Part shown: in pieces, positions 27,721-43,329 of the stretch | Layout of the letters: each line of letters opens with the position of its first letter | How positions within the stretch are numbered: the first letter of the stretch is position 1 | Program-made: the position numbers and the translations under genes | Notes under the pieces: model-generated | The model's database searches: none | What the model was told of the DNA's origin: nothing | Seen by the model: the letters and a program-made list of their open reading frames with translations, nothing else | NCBI RefSeq assembly: GCF_006345805.1 | Contig: NC_042998.1 | Span: 102,300,001 to 102,364,000 of the forward strand | Length of the DNA stretch: 64,000 bases | Direction of reading: 5' to 3' | DNA from: Octopus sinensis | Taxonomy: Eukaryota

Positions 27721-28650
27721 ATTGTCATTTTGTAAGATTTTACTGGCAAATTTTAAAATTAACATAAACATTTATTTGCATGAATGAAAACTACGGAGAA
27801 CTTGCATCTAATTTGTCTGCTAAAATTGTATTGCAACCTTTTGTCTGGAAAATTGCAATGTGTTTATTGCATTATATGTTACTGCATTTGCATTAAATAC
27901 ATATTGAATGCTTAAAACTACATATTTACTCGTTTCTTTTTGTCATTGATGTATTTGTGAGGTGTGCTATAAATAACAGCTAAATAACGTTCGTCTATCG
28001 CATTAAATGCATATTGAATCCGTCAAACTAAAAAACACGCGTTGTTTACAAATATTGAGAACACGTGTTATTTTCAAGATGCTAACGACAAAATGTACAA
28101 CCACGCACAAAATGGCGGCTTCCAAATCCTGTTTCTTGACTGGGTAGAAATGATCAACATTTAAACATCTATAACTTTCTAGAAATATTTTTCTGGAAAA
28201 ACTGAAATAACTCCAGCATTTCAGCGGGGAAAAGTATATTATTATATCAAATTTTAAAATTTCCGTTATAATTTTTGAAATGCTGGCAGCCAAACCGACT
28301 AGATTCCAGTTTTGCTTGTATCCAAATTAATGAAGGTTTTTATGTTATTTTTCATTTATTATGTTACAGCATATTTGTAATGTTTCTTTGAATCCATTGA
28401 ATTTAGAGTTGATTGTAATGGCAAAGCAATTTTGCGTTTGTTCCAATTGTGCTATGACTTATTAACTGTAAAATGGGTCAACGTTAACTGCTGTACTGTT
28501 GAGCTCTTTCACTTTTGTGATTCATTAATTAATTTCATTTTGACTTCCAGGGAAATCAACATATTGTTTTCATTATTTTTGCACTTGAAACTATGATTCA
28601 TTCAATATGTATCAAAGTGCTTCTTTAACTCATTTTTATCTCAATATCAC
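27720..28650 (-). pseudogene. nAChR-like pseudogene (left arm of the inverted duplication)
   Basis: ELKKHFDTY, VWLPA, KFDIIIYFSPLKC, DHFYP, RRTLF, AFNMYL. Confidence 0.72.
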
Positions 28651-29129
28651 AAAAGTTAAGTGAAAGATTTTTTTTTAATGAACAGAAAAGACAAAAACGG
28701 CCCAATAGTAATTTTATATGTTGTGTGAAAGGTAGTATAAAGCCAAAAAGAATAAAATGTCCAACCAAAGCCGAAAACCTGTTATTGTGAACCCATAGAA
28801 GCTACATAGATTCCGAAACAGACCGACAACACGACGACAGACACACGCACGCACTTATTCCTTCATACACATTCACACTCACTCATACACATATAAACGC
28901 AAAAAACATGTGTGTGTGTGTGTGTGCGCGGGTATTTGTGTATTCATATATGTGTGTGTTGGTGTGCGTGTATGTGTGTATGTTCTGCATAAATATGTGT
29001 GTATATGTATCTCTCTATCTATCTATCTATCAATCTATCTATCTGTCTATCTACCTATGTATCCATGTATCTATCTATCGAAAAAGAAAATAATAAAATG
29101 GACATAAAAACAACAAATTTCAAATGGAT

Positions 29130-29460
29130 AAAATATTTAAATAAAGAAAATTTACAATAGTCATTAAATATTCTTACGGATTTCCAATCGTATCAACCTA
29201 AGTATCTTACAATTAAAAATAATCACTGGCCATTTTATTATATAATATCCATATTTATATAATATGTTAATTTATGGTGGAGTAGGAAATATATATGTTT
29301 TTAAAACGTACTTTATACTACGATATAGATTAATGTAATCTAATATATTTTTTATTCTATAAATATATGTGTATACGAGTTCGAAAGAACATATGATTAT
29401 ATAAGCAAAATATAGTGTACAAGAAATATTAATATAAGCATATTTATTCCAAAAGATATA
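29130..29460 (+). pseudogene. Possible nAChR-like N-terminal fragment
   Basis: ILTDFQSYQPKYLTIKNNHWPFYYIISIFI resembles L..Y....RPV.N.S.P..V. Confidence 0.35.
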
Positions 29461-29475
29461 TAATTCTATATAATA

Positions 29476-29512
<37 letters not shown>

Positions 29513-29569
29513 ATTTTATCTGTTTCAGGTCAAAGCTGTGATCATGCTAGAGCACTGCCGTTTAACTAC

Positions 29570-30192
29570 ACTATTATTATTGAGAGCCCCCTCCAACATG
29601 TGGCATGTGGTGAATAAGGGTGTTTGATGTCGCTACCTTCATTTTCCCCTGTTGCCAGGATGTAAATTTATCTGGGACTCTCGACAGGAAGAGATTCAGT
29701 TTTCATTTGAAAACAGCTACATACACTTTGCGTAGGTCCCACAGGCTCTTTGGGAGAATATCAATAGTCTGTGGGCCCCTGAAACCCAGGCTGTTGCAGT
29801 CACTGTTCCCGAAGTGCGATGGCATGTCTAAGATCTTTGACATAGTGCATTGTCGACATTGGTGTAGTTTCCAAAATTTGGCACAATTCCTTCCAGGATC
29901 TTCCAGATATATATTACTGCATACTTCTCCCGTCTTCTCTCCCGGGAGTAGAGTCTTAGCCGTTTCAGCCTTTCCCACTAGGTGAGCTGTTGCAATAAGA
30001 GGGTGTTCTTTATGAAATTTCGCTGGATTGCTTTAAAGTCCGCTGTTTATTGTACACTGTTGGGTGACCATAGATGGGAGCAGTAATCCAAGCAGCTGAG
30101 GAGGAATACCTTCCAGAGGTCAGTCAGGGTTTTCTTTTCTCTGGTTCTGAAACTTCACAGAATCGATCCAGCCAGTCCTCTGCACTTTGTCA
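29570..30192 (-). mobile_element. CR1/L2-type LINE, 3' fragment
   Basis: LDYCSHLWSP and CNSLGFRGPQ..ILPK. Homologous to 56790-57790. Confidence 0.85.
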
Positions 30193-30465
30193 TATTATAT
30201 TATATTATATCATAAATATTTTTATAGTTTATAACATCATAATGTAAATAAATGTTTAATATGTCAATTGTGTTTCTCTATTTCCTTTAATATTTGTATA
30301 TTGCAATTATAACCTTTTATTTGTGATATTCAAATGAAATACCAGTGAAAATTTAATGTGTTCCATCCTTTTGAAGGAAATGATTCTTTCCTTCGTTTCA
30401 TTTATATGTGCGTATGAGTGTGTGTGCGTGTATGTATATATATATATATGTATATATATATTCAT

Positions 30466-30545
<80 letters not shown>

Positions 30546-30769
30546 GAAAATGTCGATATCCAGGTCTCTCACTAATTTAGGTTCTGGGATTATATTCCCC
30601 TGTGGACCAGTGTACCCTGTAAGTTTTATATTCAGTTTTGGACGCTGGTAGCGCAGGGCTTGGAGCTTTTCAGCATTTTTTTATACTAATTTTCGCACAT
30701 GTAAAATTACTATTTCGTCATATTTGTATTTTCTGATCATTTAAAAAAAAAATGTTCTTTCACTTAACT

Positions 30770-31710
30770 CTTGTGATATTGAGATAAACCATAAGCTAAA
30801 GGAGATTATGAATCATAGTTTCAAGTGCAAAAATAATGAAAACAATATGTTGATTTCCCTGGAAGTCAAAATGAAAATAATGAATGAATCACAAAAGTGA
30901 AAGATCTCAACAGTACAGCAGTAAACCTTGACCTATTTTACAGTTAATGACTCATAGCACAATTGGAAGAAACGCAAAAATGCTTCGCCATTACAATCAA
31001 CTCTAAATTCAATTGATTCAAAGAAACATTACAAATATGTTTTTAACGTAATAAATGAAAAATAACACAAAAACCTTCATTAATTTGGATACAAGAAAAA
31101 CTGGAATCTAGTCGGTTTGGCTGCCAGCATTTCAAAGATTACATCGTAAATTTTAAAATTTGGTATAATAATATACTTTTCCATGCTGAATTGCAGGATT
31201 TATTTCACTTTTCCCAGAAAAATATTTTCTAGAAAGTTATAGATGTTTAAATTTTGATCATTTCCACCCAGTCAAGAAACAGGATTTGGAAGCCGCCATT
31301 TTGTGCGTGGTTGTACATTTTGTCGTTAGCATCTTGAAAATAACACGTGTTCTCAATATTTGTAAACAACGCGTGTTTTTTAGTTTGACGGATTCAATAT
31401 GCATTTAATGCGATAGACGAACGTTATTTAGCTGTTATTTATAGCACACCTCACAAATATATCAATGACAAAAAGAAACGAGTAAATATGTAGTTTTAAG
31501 CATTCAATATGTATTTAATGCAAATGCAGTAACATATAATGCAATAAACACATTGCAATTTTCCAGACAAAAGGTTGCAATACAATTTTAGCAGAAACAT
31601 TAGATGCAAGTTCTCCGTAATTTTCTTTCATGCAAATAAATGTTTATGTTAATTTAAAAATTTGCCAGTAAAATCTTATAAAATGACAATGTTCTAAATG
31701 ATACATGTGT
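30770..31710 (+). pseudogene. nAChR-like pseudogene (right arm of the inverted duplication; probably resumes at 32462-32660)
   Basis: Reverse complement of 27720-28650. RRTLF at 31415-31429. YLRWLNLPLLL follows the Merlin remnant. Confidence 0.72.
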
Positions 31711-32461
31711 TTATATGTTATATACGAAAATAAAAGAGTGAACAAAATATGCTTAAAAAACAAACATTTAAGCATGCAATAAGCAACGCATTACAAAATA
31801 TTTTTAAAATAAAAAGGGAAGTTAGAAATTCATTCAGTCACTTACTCAAACAAATCACAATACAGGCTCACATACACTCCACTTGTTGTGTGCATGTACC
31901 ATCTTTCGAGTTAACAAATCCATACATGTAGTCACCGTTATACGCTCAAAATTTTAACCATCCATTTCAGGAATGTGTGTGATCCTTCTTCGCTTGTACT
32001 TACATCTGGGGAAGACTGTTTTATCTATCTGAAAAATCTTCCCAGGACCATCAACTTTAATTGGGTAACGGAGCAAGTCCTCCGCACATATTTCTCTAAC
32101 ATAGTTGTTATAGTCAAAAGCTGTGCTACATCCCCAGGTTTTCAATACAAAACCGGACTGAAGACAATTCCTTAACCCATGAGTAACGGAAGAACACTGT
32201 TCCTAAGGGAAGGGAACCACCTTCAAACTATATCTTTCTTTATCGACACAGACTCCATGCATTCTCGGTGCGAGCATCGCCAGTACATGTTCCCACCACA
32301 TCTCTTTGTACACATAACATGCCACTTCCTTTTACATTGTTTCGTTTTTGTATAACACACTCTTCTTGAAGGTACGGCACCGTATCCCCCTCCGATTTCA
32401 GTGTCCCGATTTCAGAAGCGATGTTATAGAAGCTTCCTGCCATAATCAAACAGTAAAATTT
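31710..32461 (-). mobile_element. Merlin transposase remnant, second copy with an internal deletion
   Basis: TAFDYNNYVREICAEDLLRYPIKVDGPGKIFQID..RRITHIPEMDG. Confidence 0.85.
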
Positions 32462-32664
32462 ATGTCTTATTTGAGGTGGCTCAACTTGCCACTACTGCTT
32501 TACTTCTATCTTTCAGAAAGCTATTTAACCACTAGCTATGCCGACAACACGCCGTTTCTGACATATCATACCATGATCCATTTTATCAAAATATACCTTG
32601 ACTCATGGAAAATCAAGTTACATTCCGTCCACATTTCAGCTGCTGCGTAACTAATTCTCTCAAC

Positions 32665-34300
32665 ACACAGTCATAGTGCTGTAGGAGCTGGGTCAGGAGA
32701 GCTTTCACCTGGTCGAAAAGCATGGTGGCTATCACTGAGCATGTCGTGTTGCTTTTTCAATGAATGCGATCTGTTTCTCTCTGACTATCCGTTCCATGAT
32801 TTTGCTGATGTGTGAAGTCAGAGAGGTAGGCCTATAATTTTAGAAATATGCTCTGCTTCCTCCTTTATGGTTTGGGCATATTATTCTCTCCTTCAACTTG
32901 CTTGGCAGTCTGCCATTTGCAACAATGCTCTGGAAGAGAATCTGTAGAGGTTTCGCCAGGACACGCTTACACAATGTTAGGAGAATTGGAGGGAAACCAC
33001 CAGGGCCAGTATTTGAGTTTGCTTCCACCTAATCTATGGCTAGTACTATGCCTTATTCAACAATGTCGATGTAATACATCGGAATTATATCGCTGGTTAT
33101 AGATGAGGCAGCAAAGAAATCCACTGTTCCGTTCACTTGTCTGTGTTTCAACGTGTTGTTAAAAACACTTTTGGACTGGTCATTCAGTACCTCACTGATC
33201 CCGGTTGCGTTATCTGTGAGGGAGCCATCCTTTTGGAAGAGGAGTTTTATTTTTTCAGTGAACTGAGGCCGTTTTTTTGGCATCATGATAAAAGGCCTTT
33301 GGGTTTGACTTGATATTTTCTGTAACCCAGGCTTCTTTATCTGCTTTCTCCTTAACATTAGATCGTTGTAGGCTTTTTTCAATCTACATCAATGAATCAT
33401 TCCTGAGATCATGAGGCCTTTGGGCCATTTGGCATTGGGGAAGTTGAAATCGCCCATAAGAAACACGTTCACGTGATATTCCAATTTCATGAAGATTTCT
33501 TTCATCCTTGTGAGATAATCTCAAACTTGGAACATCCATTGGGTGATATGTATTGCATGTGACTATATTGTGTTGTCTTATGTATAAAACTAGCGTGTCA
33601 CTGAAGTTGAGTATGACAGTAGGACCTGGAGTGTGAGGTCCCCGCGGATGTACACAGCAACTCCATTATGGGTCCTTTCCCTTCTGCCTGTTCCTAGTAT
33701 TGTATATTTTGCAACGTCTACTTCTCTATATCAGGCCTCAGATGAAGTTTCACGGCGTATAGGGCTTATAGAGCTTGATTGCATTGAGCAAGGTCTCTCA
33801 GAAAAAAGATTTTGCTTTTGTTGTTTTGATGCAAGAGGAATCCAATATTTAGAAATAATATTGGCGTGACTTCTGTGCAGGCTTTAGGGAAGCCATCCCG
33901 AGTCTGTTGATTGTGATGCTCTTGCACACTATTGGTCACGTTTCCGTGTTTGCGTTTGATGTAGCCAGGTCAGATGCTGCACAGTCTTTTGCGCCATGCA
34001 GAAAAAACCCTTACTCAGCTTCTGCCTTGTGCATAATAACTTCATAATATATGTATACTTTATCTTTGGACATGATTGGTGCCCTTCCCTAGGGAAGTAT
34101 TTCTCCTTAAGGGCCCTGCAATTTTGGCTGGTTCAGGTGAACCAACGGGCAGTTTGTACCGTTATCCCCATGCCAACATTTGCATTGCAAGTAAAATCTG
34201 CACGTCCTTGTTTTCACACCAAACTTTTTCTCTCCTCTAAATTTGATGATTCCATTGGAACCTCCATATTTGAGTTGTTTTTCGTTTTAGTTTGGTGGTT
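32665..34300 (-). mobile_element. CR1/L2-type LINE, 5' part (APE endonuclease + RT start)
   Basis: LMGDFNFP, GPGGFPPILL..LAKPL, NYRPTSLTSHISKIMERIV. Confidence 0.9.
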
Positions 34301-34499
34301 AATATGATAATGCATACGAAATTTGATAATCGAAGTCTAAGAAAACTTTAGCTATTCAAATGGGTATAAATCATTATCATGTTGATATGGGAGATAATTC
34401 ATAGAAGCGCAAATAAATGTTTGAATTAAATCTATCTATCTGTCTGCCTGCCTGTCTTCTCGTGTATGTATGTATATATGTACGCTTATATATATATAT

Positions 34500-34538
<39 letters not shown>

Positions 34539-34669
34539 TGGGTGTGTGTATGTAATATGTATATATGTGCAAGCGTTGCTGTGGGGTAAGAAAGTTGCTC
34601 CCCAGCCACTTCTACTACAGAGTCGAGCCGACTAAAGCTTTGTGAGAGACTTTGGTAGAGAAAAACTGA

Positions 34670-35050
34670 AAATTTCAAAATTTCCAAAGTCTCAGTTATG
34701 ACTTTAACTGAAATCCGGCGGTCCTCGAGAAATGAGCAGTCCGAAACCTTACATACAGATTTTCCCTGTGGTATATGATGTACAGCCATTCTTCAACACT
34801 CCCTTCATCACACCTTGGATTTCTGCCGCTCCTTTGCTTTGCAACAAGAGGAATTTCATGACCACCCATGCTCCGAGTTTATCAAAATCCACCGTAGTAG
34901 CTGCGATTACTGGTGAAATATGGAAAGACGAGAAAGATACACTGTATACCATCATGGTTGTTTGCATATCTTCTAAAGTGTTTTCCTACCTTTTCTTTAA
35001 AGGTAACAACTCTACAATTTCACGATCCTCTTAAAGCCAGGAATGTTCAG
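34670..35050 (-). mobile_element. Mariner 5' fragment (a SINE fragment precedes it at 34573-34670)
   Basis: VMKFLLLQSKGAAEI and LEDRRISVKVITETLEI. Confidence 0.7.
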
Positions 35051-35079
35051 CACTCCTCTTGATATCCTGTTGCTTATTT

Positions 35080-35165
<86 letters not shown>

Positions 35166-35167
<2 letters not shown>

Positions 35168-36020
35168 GAAAATTAGCAACAGTATATCAAGAGGTGCTGT
35201 AGAATGTCCGTTTCAAGCAGCTCCATTTAAGTGAACAATGTAATCATTACATCAATTTAAATGCAGGGCTATCCTCAGCTGCATAAATAAATAGAATTTT
35301 TAAACAGATGAACACATTAATATACTTTTACTCAAATTCTTTAATAAAACAAGAAGAGGAAAATAGTCCATGTTACTACTAATATAGCAAGAATATACTA
35401 CACTTCTAAGATATGTATGTAGTTTGTTAGGGTCATAACGTGTAAAGGATTGTGGTTCATTTAAAATTTATTAGTCCTTTTTTATAAACTATCAAATCTA
35501 AGGCTAGAGGACATTGTCTGTTTACAATGCATGGCAGGAGTGTGCTGGCAGTTTATAGTTGGGAATGGTCATAAATATTGTCAGGATTTTAGGATTTGCA
35601 CAATTGTATATAAAGGAGGCTGGGTAGGGGAAGACCCCGAATCTAGATGTTAATTACCAGTTAAAGGGGCAAGACGCTAATAAAACCTATGATGCCAATA
35701 GAGAGGAAAGTATCACGGGATACTATGGATGATTGTATATAAACAACATTGTTATGTTGTATAAAGATAAAATATAGGATTACTAAAAATGATATTATAA
35801 CCAGAATAGATAAAATGTATATATATAACAAGTTTCAACATTAGAAATGGAAGATTATATACAATTACTTTAATATTCATTCCTATAAATAATTATTTAC
35901 TTATTAGGTGGTTTCTATAGCGATTACTATAGGTATTTACTTATAGAATACAGGGGCGATAAATCATGCTATCTTTATATTAATTATAAGCTAAAAGCAG
36001 AAAAAAATCGGAAAAAATAT
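35166..36020 (-). mobile_element. PLE pLTR with a degenerate hammerhead (35198-35283); same family as 52335-52480
   Basis: Minus strand TGCAG-CTGAGGA..GAAA-CGGACA-TT-CTACA. Confidence 0.6.
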
Positions 36021-36040
36021 TTTCTATCTATCTATCATCG

Positions 36041-36087
<47 letters not shown>

Positions 36088-36099
36088 ATATATATATAT

Positions 36100-36132
<33 letters not shown>

Positions 36133-36179
36133 CATACATACACATATATATATATATTATATTGTTCTGTCTGGGCAGA

Positions 36180-36440
36180 TTCATTATCTTTTAGTGTCTT
36201 ATGTTATGATGTACATAGGAGAGACATCTAGGACTATTTGGGGAAGAATAAATGGACCTTTGAGACAATATGACGACAACAAAAAGTCCTCCATACTCCA
36301 TCAACATACCAAGGACCAACATAGCAACAACTTGGGTAAACTTGACATCCGCATTTTATCCAAGCACTGAAAGGACCCAACCGTCTGACAAATACCTCCT
36401 CATAAATGAAACATCCCCAGTACTAAATAGGAAATATACG
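36180..36440 (+). mobile_element. Penelope GIY-YIG fragment
   Basis: MYIGETSRTIWGRI..SSILHQH. Confidence 0.75.
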
Positions 36441-36999
36441 TAGTAGGTAATCATACCTTCATACCCACAGTTAATATTTACATACATGTAGAATAGTCAA
36501 CTGTTATGTAGATGTATGTAATAATGAGTGTGTGCATATGTATACTTTTTATGTAAATGCACATGTTTGTAGGCAAATGGGTATGAATGTAAACAGATAG
36601 GCATACAGACGGATGGATAGATATGTAATATGAACAGACAAGCACACAGGTAAAATAGTTAGTGGACTGTTATGTACATGTAAGTATATGTATACGTATA
36701 TATATATATATGCACATGTATGTACGCGAATAGATATGAATGTAAACAGATAGACATACATACGGATAGGCACGTAGGTAATATGAACTGACAATCACAC
36801 ATACACACATGAATATGCACAATACATACACACGAACGTACGCACATACATACATATATACATACGCACACACACAAATAATGTGTATACACTTCCATGC
36901 ATGTGTAAATACATACATACATGTGTACACGCAATCTCACTGACCCACACACATGAGCGTAAACAAACAAAAAGAATGCAGCTCGGTTAAAGGACTCAG

Positions 37000-39440
<2,441 letters not shown>

Positions 39441-39495
39441 CAGTAATATTGTATTAAACATCTTCTAAAATATACTCTCCCTCTCTCTCTCTGTA

Positions 39496-39541
<46 letters not shown>

Positions 39542-39542
39542 G

Positions 39543-39582
<40 letters not shown>

Positions 39583-39591
39583 CTGTGTGTC

Positions 39592-39646
<55 letters not shown>

Positions 39647-39660
39647 CATATACATACCCG

Positions 39661-39732
39661 CACAATATACCTCAGTGCTAGAGCATTCAACTGCTGATCA
39701 AAAAGTCCCCGGTTCAGTCCTGGGCGTACCCT
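39661..39732 (+). tRNA. tRNA-Cys-derived pseudogene
   Basis: TATACCTCAGTGCTAGAGCATTCAACTGCTGATC..GTCCCCGGTTCA..GGG resembles eukaryotic tRNA-Cys(GCA). The acceptor stem is broken and the anticodon reads GCT. Confidence 0.7.
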
Positions 39733-39799
39733 GTATTGTAATTATATATTCAATAAACTAGCAGAACGACCACCTTCCATACGGCTTTTTGATAGCTAC

Positions 39800-40184
39800 C
39801 TGACTATATTTTCACGTTTGATTCCCTATCCAATAATTTTTATGATATTTTTACGTCTAATTATTTCTTTGTATAATAGTGTTCAGTTGCTTAGTTGATA
39901 TTGCTCTCATTATTTTATCAGTCATAATCACTCTTTTTAAAACAAACATCAAAGTATTCCAACTACCTTTAGCTTGCAAAAAAGATAACTGTGATCACAT
40001 AGAGATATTTTAATACATATAGTGTATCATTATTTATATTATTTACATTATTTACATTTGTCGGATATTTGTCCTCATCTTGTTTGTTAACACAATGTTT
40101 TGGCTGATATATCCTCCAGCCTTCGAACCTGGGTTCTGACTCCTAAGTTATTTTTCGATGTTATTATTATTGTTGTTGTTGTTG

Positions 40185-40259
<75 letters not shown>

Positions 40260-41340
40260 TCACATTTTGGAATCGAACTCATAATCTTGTGTTTAGTAGC
40301 CCGCGCTCTTAACTACGTAAAATGTAAATAATATAAATAAAGTACATAATTCCTCATCTGCTAAATATAGGACTGTATTATATAGTGTTTCAAATAGCTC
40401 GGTAATACTTAGATAACGATGGAAAGGAAATAAGTCACATGAGTTCGAAGATTCAGTAAGTGTTAATTAGATGTCTTATATAATTTTTTTCCATTATGCA
40501 TAAACAATAAATAGATTATGTACGCAGCGAATATAAGACAACAAAATACCTGATTTCCCCATCTGAAATAACGAAATAAAACTTGAAGTGAAAAAACTGC
40601 AATGAATATATATTAAATAAATTATTATCAATGAAAACATTATTTATGAAAAAATAACGAAATCAAACCTGGAGTGTGTGTGTTTATATTAGAGAGATAG
40701 TCTGAGTGTGTATGTGTGTATGTGTGTATGTGTGTGCGGAGGCAAGTGAACATTGCAAACAATCAATGAAATAAACATGAAATGAAAAAATCGTATAAAT
40801 AAAAGCTCGTTAAAAACTATCTTGTACCGAATATTTATTTTGTGAACTTGAAATATTCAATGATGAAAGGAAGTTCAGGAAGTAAATCTCACTTGCTTAG
40901 TAAATATTTTTTTCAGTAATTTATTGTAGTTGTAATATAACTCCAATGTAAACCAACTTCAATGTAACCCAACTACATTTAGGTTGCTAGAAATAGCAGG
41001 AATCGCATAGTTATTACTCTGAAGCTTATAGCGTAACAAACATTCATACCAACGAAATTACTTCTTAACTTTAAAAAAATACCAGTATATCAAAAAAGTT
41101 TCTTTTTTTTTCAAATAATCATTTAACAAACTCTGGAAACTGATATTAGTCTTGCATCATAAACCCCAATTATAAAGTTTTTGTTTTGTTTATTAGTATT
41201 CATTCATTTAATAAATATCTTTCTTTTTACATTACATATATAGCATAAACTGGGTTTTGCAAATAGCGAACTAAAAATTTTAATGAAAACATTGAAATGA
41301 ATATATATTAAATTATCATAAAGGAAAATAGAGGTGTGAG
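39800..41340 (-). pseudogene. nAChR-like pseudogene (pLTR insertion at 40030-40375)
   Basis: FLYDNLI..FNVFIK, NKQNK..YDARL, IPAI..SWFTLE, YFFINNV, FYFVISDGE, SIYCLCIME, KTSN*HLL, KLLDR. Confidence 0.62.
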
Positions 41341-41346
41341 ATAGAT

Positions 41347-41380
<34 letters not shown>

Positions 41381-41624
41381 GAGAAGAGATAAAGGGTGAG
41401 AGACTGTTGCAAAGGAAAATGGAAAATCCCACCTTCTTAAATTTTTGAAGAACTTGTATTTCAAATATACGATAAACTTCAAAAATCGAAATTACAAGAA
41501 ATTTCTTAGAACATGAACATATAAAAAAAATTCCAGACGGTCTAGCCTCTAATAATTGCTTGCTTTTAGTTACTGTTACATGCCTAGTTGATACGCAGCT
41601 TTCTCCAATATAGAAGATATATAC

Positions 41625-41827
41625 TGTTTATTTATTGCAGTCATTTGATTGTGGCCACGCTGGAGCACAGCCTTTAGTCGAAGAAATCACCAGGGCTTAT
41701 TCTTTGTAAGCCTACTACATATTCCATTACGCTCTTTTGCTGAACCGCTGGTTACGGGGACGTAAACACTCCAATATCGATTGTCAAGCGATTGCTGGAG
41801 GACAAACACAGACACACACATACATAA

Positions 41828-41870
<43 letters not shown>

Positions 41871-41945
41871 ACGGTCTTATTTCAGTTTCCGTCTACCAAA
41901 TCCACTCACAATTCATTGGTCTGTCCGAGGCTATAGTAGATGACA
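41625..41945 (-). mobile_element. Octopus-type SINE, truncated
   Basis: Matches the body of 45431-45848. Confidence 0.85.
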
Positions 41946-42079
41946 CTAGACTATTTTCTAGCATAGAATATATATTAGCAAACACCCTCTCCTATAATGC
42001 TATAAGTAACAAATGCAATTTAGGCATTAGAGAATCATACAGTATTCTTAAATATAGTATTGGGGCACATTAAATAATT

Positions 42080-42670
42080 TCTCTGATACTATACATTCAT
42101 GTATATAAAATATCACTCGTCTTTAATGAAACTCTATAAGACGAGATATAAGAAATGAAGTGGTTGTCAGCCTTTCTTTTTCCTCTATTAGAAATTAATT
42201 ATTCTTTGAATTTTTTTTATTCTCCCATCATCCTTCACTAGAGGTTTCCTTCGTATATAAGCGCGAATCATCATAAAAGTAATGAATATCTAATGGAGTA
42301 GCTCACGACTAACGTAATGTAACCAAAACTTTCCTTTCTTTCATTTCCCTTACATGTCTTCAAGCTTGAATAATTTTCTATTTACTTATTCGTGATGAAG
42401 TGGACATACCTGTTGACTAATAGACTCCAGACACGGCTGTCGAAATGCTTCATATTGACATTATAACTGTCCATAAAACATTTCTTCGGAACTCATGTAA
42501 CCTTTTAAATCCATAATTAGGATTTCTCACTATTCTTGACGCATTTTATGACTTTTAATCCTTATTTCACCGTGTTTTAATCTTAGGCTTAACTTTAATA
42601 TAATTTTTAATATATATATCAACCTTTATTTATTTACCCTTTTCGTGTATATTTTACCTCATATAACTCT
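42080..42670 (+). pseudogene. nAChR-like pseudogene, extracellular part
   Basis: NSIRR, EVVVSLSFSSI, FTRGFLRI, NEYLM, NVTK, DEV.IP. Confidence 0.45.
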
Positions 42671-42806
42671 CATTTCTTTCTAAATGATATATAATGTATT
42701 TTTTCTATCTGATGCCATATTGTGCGGTATTTGGCTTGAAGTTGAACTTTGTTTGTATGTATGTATGCATACAGACAGACACACACAAACAGACACACAC
42801 ATATAC

Positions 42807-42877
<71 letters not shown>

Positions 42878-42977
42878 CATGTATATATGTATATATTTAT
42901 ATACTGGGGTAAACACGTAAATGTGAAAGAAGGTGGAAAAAAGAGCACTCAAATACCAGGGGTAGAGTAATAAGCTA

Positions 42978-43102
42978 TATTTAAAAGCACCATAAATTCA
43001 ACAAAACCTGTTACTTGGAGTATCACGTTTTCGTTCGTCCGACGAACGAGAACGTGAATCTCCGAGTAGCAGGTTTTGTTGAATTTCTGCTGCTCTTAAA
43101 TA
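42978..43102. repeat. Imperfect palindrome centred on a variant hammerhead core
   Basis: Centre at 43040. CCGACGA-ACG AGAA CGT-GAAT-CTCCGAG-TA on +, with a more degenerate mirror copy on minus. Confidence 0.75.
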
Positions 43103-43104
43103 AA

Positions 43105-43153
<49 letters not shown>

Positions 43154-43329
43154 ATATATATGTTCCGTTTCTTGTAATTTTATGTTATATCTGTGTGTAT
43201 TTATTTACTCATTATGCTGATGAAAATCATAAATATATAATGATTATCTAAATTTTGTCTCTTCTCACACCAAGTTACATAATATATATATTTGTGTTTG
43301 TGTCTCTGTATGTGTGTGTTCGTGTAGGT

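Noticed and set aside
42405-42455. CTGTTGA..GAAA hammerhead-like string
   Set aside because: The core is mismatched, there are no stems, and it lies within a receptor remnant.
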